The notes beneath the pieces were generated by a model. That model saw only the letters and a program-made list of their open reading frames with translations. It had not been told where the DNA came from and did not search any database. DNA of 64,000 nt, taken from Escherichia coli (GTDB lineage Bacteria > Pseudomonadota > Gammaproteobacteria > Enterobacterales > Enterobacteriaceae). Shown here piece by piece: positions 58,152 through 64,000 of the stretch (the stretch's first letter is position 1; each line of letters opens with the position of its first letter). Both the position numbers and the translations under genes were made by a program. The DNA is taken from NCBI RefSeq assembly GCF_016903815.1, contig NZ_CP069973.1; one strand, given 5' to 3'.

Positions 58152-58358
58152 GGGTAGTTAATATCCTGATTTAGCGAAAAATTAAGCATTCAATACGGGT
58201 ATTGTGGCATGTTTAACCGTTCAGTTGAAGGTTGCGCCTACACTAAGCATAGTTGTTGATGAATTTTTCAATATCGCCATAGCTTTCAATTATATTTGAA
58301 ATTTTGTAAAATATTTTTAGTAGCTTAAATGTGATTCAACATCACTGGAGAAAGTCTT

Positions 58359-59348
58359 ATGAAACTCGCCGTTTATAGCACAAAACAGTACGACAAGAAG
58401 TACCTGCAACAGGTGAACGAGTCCTTTGGCTTTGAGCTGGAATTTTTTGACTTTCTGCTGACGGAAAAAACCGCTAAAACCGCCAATGGCTGCGAAGCGG
58501 TATGTATTTTCGTAAACGATGACGGCAGCCGCCCGGTGCTGGAAGAGCTGAAAAAGCACGGCGTTAAATATATCGCCCTGCGCTGTGCCGGTTTCAATAA
58601 CGTCGACCTTGACGCGGCAAAAGAACTGGGGCTGAAAGTAGTCCGTGTTCCAGCCTATGATCCAGAAGCCGTTGCTGAACACGCCATCGGTATGATGATG
58701 ACGCTGAACCGCCGTATTCATCGAGCGTATCAGCGTACTCGTGACGCCAACTTCTCTCTGGAAGGTCTGACCGGCTTTACTATGTATGGCAAAACGGCAG
58801 GCGTTATCGGTACCGGTAAAATCGGTGTGGCGATGCTGCGCATTCTGAAAGGTTTTGGTATGCGTCTGCTGGCGTTCGATCCGTATCCAAGTGCGGCGGC
58901 ACTGGAACTCGGTGTGGAGTATGTCGATCTGCCAACCCTGTTCTCTGAATCAGACGTTATCTCTCTGCACTGCCCGCTGACACCGGAAAACTACCATCTG
59001 TTGAACGAAGCCGCCTTCGATCAGATGAAAAATGGCGTGATGATCGTCAATACCAGTCGCGGTGCATTGATTGATTCTCAGGCGGCAATTGAAGCGCTGA
59101 AAAATCAGAAAATTGGTTCGTTGGGTATGGACGTGTATGAGAACGAACGCGATCTGTTCTTTGAAGACAAATCCAACGACGTGATCCAGGATGACGTGTT
59201 CCGTCGTCTGTCTGCCTGCCACAACGTGCTGTTTACCGGGCACCAGGCATTCCTGACAGCAGAAGCACTGACCAGTATTTCTCAGACTACGCTGCAAAAC
59301 TTAAGCAATCTGGAAAAAGGCGAAACCTGCCCGAACGAACTGGTTTAA
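58359..59348 (+). CDS. ldhA: Fermentative D-lactate dehydrogenase (NAD-dependent)
   Basis: 329 aa D-2-hydroxyacid dehydrogenase; NAD motif GVIGTGKIG. Confidence 0.93.
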   Translation: MKLAVYSTKQYDKKYLQQVNESFGFELEFFDFLLTEKTAKTANGCEAVCIFVNDDGSRPVLEELKKHGVKYIALRCAGFNNVDLDAAKELGLKVVRVPAYDPEAVAEHAIGMMMTLNRRIHRAYQRTRDANFSLEGLTGFTMYGKTAGVIGTGKIGVAMLRILKGFGMRLLAFDPYPSAAALELGVEYVDLPTLFSESDVISLHCPLTPENYHLLNEAAFDQMKNGVMIVNTSRGALIDSQAAIEALKNQKIGSLGMDVYENERDLFFEDKSNDVIQDDVFRRLSACHNVLFTGHQAFLTAEALTSISQTTLQNLSNLEKGETCPNELV

Positions 59349-59458
59349 TCTTGCCGCTCCCCTGCATTCCAGGGGAGCTGATTCAGATAATCCCCAATGA
59401 CCTTTCATCCTCTATTCTTAAAATAGTCCTGAGTCAGAAACTGTAATTGAGAACCACA

Positions 59459-59881
59459 ATGAAGAAAGTAGCCGCGTTTGTTGCGCTAAGCCTGCTGATG
59501 GCGGGATGTGTAAGTAATGACAAAATTGCTGTAACCCCAGAACAGCTACAGCATCATCGCTTTGTGCTGGAAAGCGTAAACGGTAAGCCCGTGACCAGCG
59601 ATAAAAATCCGCCAGAAATCAGCTTTGGTGAAAAAATGATGATTTCCGGCAGCATGTGTAACCGCTTTAGCGGTGAAGGCAAACTGTCTAATGGTAAACT
59701 GACAGCCAAAGGGCTGGCAATGACCCGTATGATGTGCGCTAACCCGCAGCTTAATGAACTCGATAACACCATTAGCGAAATGCTGAAAGAAGGTGCACAA
59801 GTGGATCTGACCGCGAACCAGTTAACGCTGGCGACCGCGAAACAGACATTAACTTATAAGCTAGCGGATTTAATGAATTAA
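59459..59881 (+). CDS. hslJ: Heat-shock lipoprotein HslJ
   Basis: Start trimmed to MKKVAAFVALSLLMAGC (lipobox), 140 aa; META domain. Confidence 0.85.
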   Translation: MKKVAAFVALSLLMAGCVSNDKIAVTPEQLQHHRFVLESVNGKPVTSDKNPPEISFGEKMMISGSMCNRFSGEGKLSNGKLTAKGLAMTRMMCANPQLNELDNTISEMLKEGAQVDLTANQLTLATAKQTLTYKLADLMN

Positions 59882-60144
59882 TAGCTGCCACAGCTCCCGG
59901 CGGCAAGTGACTGTTCGCTACAGCGTTTGCCGTTGGGTAATGCACACATCCCAATCGCCGTACCATCCAGTTGACGGGCAACAGAAAGCGAACCGCCGAT
60001 CATTGCACAATTTGCTTCTCCACTACTGGACATCGACGCTTTTAAACCTGGCGCTACGTGCGCCGCAGTCGCCTGCTGAACAGGTTCACTACTACACGCC
60101 GACAACAATAAAGCGGCACACCCTACCCAAAACGCTGCTCGCAT
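59878..60144 (-). CDS. ydbJ: DUF333 lipoprotein YdbJ
   Basis: 88 aa with lipobox LLSAC; synteny. Confidence 0.8.
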   Translation of the reverse strand: MRAAFWVGCAALLLSACSSEPVQQATAAHVAPGLKASMSSSGEANCAMIGGSLSVARQLDGTAIGMCALPNGKRCSEQSLAAGSCGSY

Positions 60145-60417
60145 CTTTTCTTCCTCTGATCTTCAAGCCAAACGACACCGCCATAAATAATAGGCAGCAC
60201 AGAGGGCGGCGTCGAGAGCTGTCCTGCGCGTTGCCCCGCATTTTTACTTTTTTATGGCTATTTTTTTGCCCTCTGTTTGATCAAAACATTCATTACGCTG
60301 ATGAGGGGGACACAAAAGCGAAAATGCAGAAGAAAGCCATTTGCTAAAATTGAAGGATTACTACTGGGCGCGCAGCAATTTCGTGCGCCCCTCATTTGCG
60401 CAATGTAAGGGTGTCAT

Positions 60418-63400
60418 ATGATTACTATTGACGGTAATGGCGCGGTTGCTTCGGTGGCGTTTCGCACCAGTGAAGTTATCGCCATCTACCCTATTACCCC
60501 CAGTTCCACGATGGCAGAACAGGCTGATGCATGGGCCGGAAACGGCTTGAAGAACGTTTGGGGAGACACACCACGCGTGGTTGAAATGCAGTCGGAAGCG
60601 GGGGCTATCGCTACCGTGCATGGCGCTTTGCAGACGGGTGCCCTTTCAACATCGTTTACGTCATCGCAGGGTTTGCTGCTGATGATCCCGACGCTGTACA
60701 AACTGGCAGGCGAACTGACGCCATTTGTCCTGCATGTAGCGGCACGTACCGTTGCCACACATGCACTCTCTATTTTTGGCGATCATTCCGACGTTATGGC
60801 GGTGCGCCAGACGGGTTGCGCGATGTTGTGTGCGGCAAACGTCCAGGAAGCGCAAGACTTTGCTCTTATTTCGCACATCGCGACGCTGAAGAGTCGCGTG
60901 CCATTTATTCATTTCTTTGATGGTTTCCGCACGTCCCACGAAATCAATAAAATTGTCCCGCTGGCCGATGACACGATTCTTGAACTGATACCGCAGGCCG
61001 AAATTGATGCCCACCGCGCCCGCGCGCTGAATCCGGAGCATCCGGTGATTCGTGGTACCTCGGCTAACCCGGACACCTATTTCCAGTCACGTGAAGCCAC
61101 CAACCCGTGGTACAACGCAGTTTACGACCATGTTGAACAGGCGATGAATGATTTCTCTGCCGCGACAGGTCGTCAGTATCAGCCGTTTGAGTATTACGGG
61201 CATCCGCAAGCGGAACGGGTGATTATCCTGATGGGCTCTGCCATTGGCACCTGTGAAGAAGTGGTTGATGAATTGCTAACCCGTGGCGAAAAAGTCGGCG
61301 TGCTGAAAGTTCGCCTGTACCGTCCCTTCTCCGCCAAACACTTGCTACAAGCTCTGCCGGGATCCGTACGCAGCGTGGCGGTACTGGACAGAACCAAAGA
61401 ACCCGGTGCCCAGGCTGAACCGCTCTATCTGGATGTGATGACCGCACTGGCAGAAGCCTTTAATAATGGCGAGCGCGAAACCCTGCCCCGTGTCATTGGT
61501 GGGCGCTATGGTCTTTCATCCAAAGAATTTGGCCCGGACTGTGTACTGGCGGTATTTGCCGAGCTCAACGCGGCTAAACCGAAAGCGCGCTTTACGGTTG
61601 GTATTTACGATGATGTGACCAATCTGTCACTGCCGTTGCCGGAAAACACCCTGCCAAACTCGGCGAAACTTGAAGCCTTGTTTTATGGCCTTGGTAGCGA
61701 TGGCAGCGTTTCCGCGACCAAAAACAATATCAAGATTATCGGTAATTCCACGCCGTGGTACGCACAGGGCTATTTTGTTTACGACTCCAAAAAGGCGGGC
61801 GGCCTGACGGTTTCTCACCTTCGCGTGAGCGAACAGCCGATTCGTTCCGCTTATCTCATTTCCCAGGCTGATTTTGTTGGCTGCCACCAGTTGCAGTTTA
61901 TCGATAAATATCAGATGGCTGAGCGTTTAAAACCTTGCGGCATTTTCCTGCTCAACACGCCGTACAGCGCAGATGAAGTGTGGTCGCGCTTGCCGCAAGA
62001 AGTTCAGGCCGTGTTAAACCAGAAAAAAGCGCGCTTCTATGTGATTAACGCGGCGAAAATCGCCCGCGAATGTGGCCTGGCGGCCCGTATTAATACCGTC
62101 ATGCAGATGGCTTTTTTCCATCTTACGCAAATTCTGCCTGGCGATAGCGCCCTCGCAGAATTGCAGGGTGCGATTGCCAAAAGTTACAGTAGCAAAGGTC
62201 AGGATCTGGTGGAACGCAACTGGCAGGCTCTGGCGCTGGCACGTGAATCCGTAGAAGAAGTTCCGCTGCAGCCGGTTAATCCGCACAGCGCCAATCGACC
62301 GCCAGTGGTTTCCGATGCCGCCCCTGATTTCGTGAAAACCGTAACCGCGGCGATGCTCGCCGGGCTTGGTGATGCCCTCCCCGTTTCGGCGCTGCCGCCA
62401 GACGGCACCTGGCCGATGGGCACCACGCGCTGGGAAAAACGCAATATCGCCGAAGAGATCCCCATCTGGAAAGAGGAACTCTGTACCCAATGTAACCACT
62501 GCGTCGCCGCTTGCCCACACTCAGCTATTCGCGCAAAAGTGGTGCCGCCTGAAGCGATGGAAAACGCCCCTGCCAGCCTGCATTCGCTGGATGTGAAATC
62601 GCGTGATATGCGCGGGCAGAAATATGTCTTGCAGGTGGCTCCGGAAGATTGCACCGGTTGTAACCTGTGCGTCGAAGTTTGCCCGGCGAAAGACCGTCAG
62701 AATCCAGAGATTAAAGCCATCAATATGATGTCGCGGCTGGAACATGTCGAAGAAGAGAAAATCAATTACGATTTCTTCCTCAACCTGCCAGAAATCGACC
62801 GTAGCAAACTGGAACGTATTGATATTCGTACATCGCAGCTGATTACACCGCTGTTTGAATATTCCGGTGCTTGCTCCGGTTGTGGCGAGACGCCGTATAT
62901 TAAATTGCTGACTCAGCTCTATGGCGACCGGATGTTGATCGCTAACGCCACCGGCTGTTCTTCAATTTATGGCGGTAACCTGCCCTCTACACCGTATACC
63001 ACCGATACCAACGGTCGCGGGCCGGCATGGGCGAACTCTCTATTTGAAGATAATGCCGAATTTGGCCTTGGTTTCCGCCTGACGGTCGATCAACACCGTG
63101 TCCGCGTGCTGCGTCTGCTGGATCAATTTGCCGATAAAATCCCGGCGGAATTACTGACTGCGTTGAAATCAGACGCCACGCCAGAGGTTCGTCGAGAACA
63201 GGTCGCAGCTTTACGCCAGCAACTCAACGATGTTGCCGAAGCACATGAACTGCTACGTGACGCAGATGCACTGGTGGAAAAATCAATCTGGCTGATTGGT
63301 GGCGACGGCTGGGCTTACGATATCGGCTTTGGCGGTCTGGATCATGTATTGAGTTTGACGGAAAACGTCAACATTCTGGTGCTGGATACGCAATGCTATT

Positions 63401-63942
63401 CCAATACCGGTGGTCAGGCGTCAAAAGCCACGCCGCTTGGCGCGGTGACTAAGTTTGGCGAGCACGGCAAACGTAAAGCGCGTAAAGATCTTGGCGTCAG
63501 TATGATGATGTACGGTCATGTTTATGTGGCGCAGATTTCTCTCGGCGCGCAGCTGAACCAGACGGTGAAAGCGATTCAGGAAGCGGAAGCGTATCCGGGG
63601 CCATCGCTGATCATTGCTTATAGCCCGTGTGAAGAGCATGGTTACGATCTGGCACTCAGCCACGACCAGATGCGCCAACTCACTGCCACCGGCTTCTGGC
63701 CGCTATATCGCTTCGATCCACGTCGAGCCGATGAAGGCAAACTGCCGCTGGCACTGGATTCACGCCCGCCGTCAGAAGCACTGGAAGAAACGTTACTTCA
63801 CGAGCAGCGTTTCCGTCGTCTGAATTCGCAGCAGCCAGAAGTGGCAGAACAGTTATGGAAAGATGCTGCAGCTGATTTGCAAAAACGCTATGACTTCCTG
63901 GCACAAATGGCCGGAAAAGCGGAAAAAAGCAACACCGATTAA
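60418..63942 (+). CDS. ydbK: Pyruvate:flavodoxin/ferredoxin oxidoreductase (PFOR, YdbK)
   Basis: 1174 aa; two 4Fe-4S ferredoxin motifs (CTQCNHCVAACP, CTGCNLCVEVCP); TPP-binding GGDGW motif. Confidence 0.93.
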   Translation: MITIDGNGAVASVAFRTSEVIAIYPITPSSTMAEQADAWAGNGLKNVWGDTPRVVEMQSEAGAIATVHGALQTGALSTSFTSSQGLLLMIPTLYKLAGELTPFVLHVAARTVATHALSIFGDHSDVMAVRQTGCAMLCAANVQEAQDFALISHIATLKSRVPFIHFFDGFRTSHEINKIVPLADDTILELIPQAEIDAHRARALNPEHPVIRGTSANPDTYFQSREATNPWYNAVYDHVEQAMNDFSAATGRQYQPFEYYGHPQAERVIILMGSAIGTCEEVVDELLTRGEKVGVLKVRLYRPFSAKHLLQALPGSVRSVAVLDRTKEPGAQAEPLYLDVMTALAEAFNNGERETLPRVIGGRYGLSSKEFGPDCVLAVFAELNAAKPKARFTVGIYDDVTNLSLPLPENTLPNSAKLEALFYGLGSDGSVSATKNNIKIIGNSTPWYAQGYFVYDSKKAGGLTVSHLRVSEQPIRSAYLISQADFVGCHQLQFIDKYQMAERLKPCGIFLLNTPYSADEVWSRLPQEVQAVLNQKKARFYVINAAKIARECGLAARINTVMQMAFFHLTQILPGDSALAELQGAIAKSYSSKGQDLVERNWQALALARESVEEVPLQPVNPHSANRPPVVSDAAPDFVKTVTAAMLAGLGDALPVSALPPDGTWPMGTTRWEKRNIAEEIPIWKEELCTQCNHCVAACPHSAIRAKVVPPEAMENAPASLHSLDVKSRDMRGQKYVLQVAPEDCTGCNLCVEVCPAKDRQNPEIKAINMMSRLEHVEEEKINYDFFLNLPEIDRSKLERIDIRTSQLITPLFEYSGACSGCGETPYIKLLTQLYGDRMLIANATGCSSIYGGNLPSTPYTTDTNGRGPAWANSLFEDNAEFGLGFRLTVDQHRVRVLRLLDQFADKIPAELLTALKSDATPEVRREQVAALRQQLNDVAEAHELLRDADALVEKSIWLIGGDGWAYDIGFGGLDHVLSLTENVNILVLDTQCYSNTGGQASKATPLGAVTKFGEHGKRKARKDLGVSMMMYGHVYVAQISLGAQLNQTVKAIQEAEAYPGPSLIIAYSPCEEHGYDLALSHDQMRQLTATGFWPLYRFDPRRADEGKLPLALDSRPPSEALEETLLHEQRFRRLNSQQPEVAEQLWKDAAADLQKRYDFLAQMAGKAEKSNTD

Positions 63943-63970
63943 ATGCACTGGATAAGGATTATCCAATTCT

Positions 63971-64000
63971 AAAAAAAAGCCCGGACGACTGTTCGGGCTT
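63971..64000 (-). ncRNA. micC: 3' terminal hairpin of MicC sRNA (partial; rest lies beyond window end)
   Basis: Reverse complement aagcccgaacagtcgtccgggcttttttttt matches recalled MicC terminator; located just past the ydbK stop, consistent with micC lying between ydbK and ompN. Confidence 0.55.

Noticed and set aside
60361-63904. Numerous antisense ORFs within ydbK/pfo
   Set aside because: Shadow ORFs in a GC-rich gene; the plus-strand frame encodes a complete PFOR with all cofactor motifs.

Overview
This 64 kb window reads as Escherichia coli chromosome, collinear with and inverted relative to the K-12 segment yncD to ydbK/pfo (b1453 down to b1378). All calls rest on reading the ORF translations and on recalled gene order; no database search was run. 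Almost every ORF is a recognisable core gene: mcbR, curA, mnaT, the ydcSTUV-patD ABC/aldehyde dehydrogenase operon, hicAB, rlhA, tehAB, opgD, trg, hokB/mokB, cybB, gapC, aldA, hrpA, azoR, ynbABCD, pdxI, ydbA, ydbH-ynbE-ydbL, ldhA, hslJ and pfo. Three small RNAs are visible: rydC, a probable sokB, and the 3' terminator end of micC at the window edge. The strain is clearly not K-12. It carries an IS200-type element between ydcO and ydcL, lacks the feaRB-tynA-paa cluster between ydbL and ydbA, has uninterrupted ydbA (2026 aa autotransporter with a 30-bp tandem repeat) and gapC, and has an in-frame stop in ynbB. The most interesting locus is a roughly 1.5 kb AT-rich insertion between hrpA and ydcF (about 33.9-35.5 kb) carrying three co-directional small ORFs of unknown function, two of which share a Cys-His-His motif; this is the best candidate for an undescribed small system (immunity-like, TA-like or defence), but its function cannot be assigned from sequence alone.
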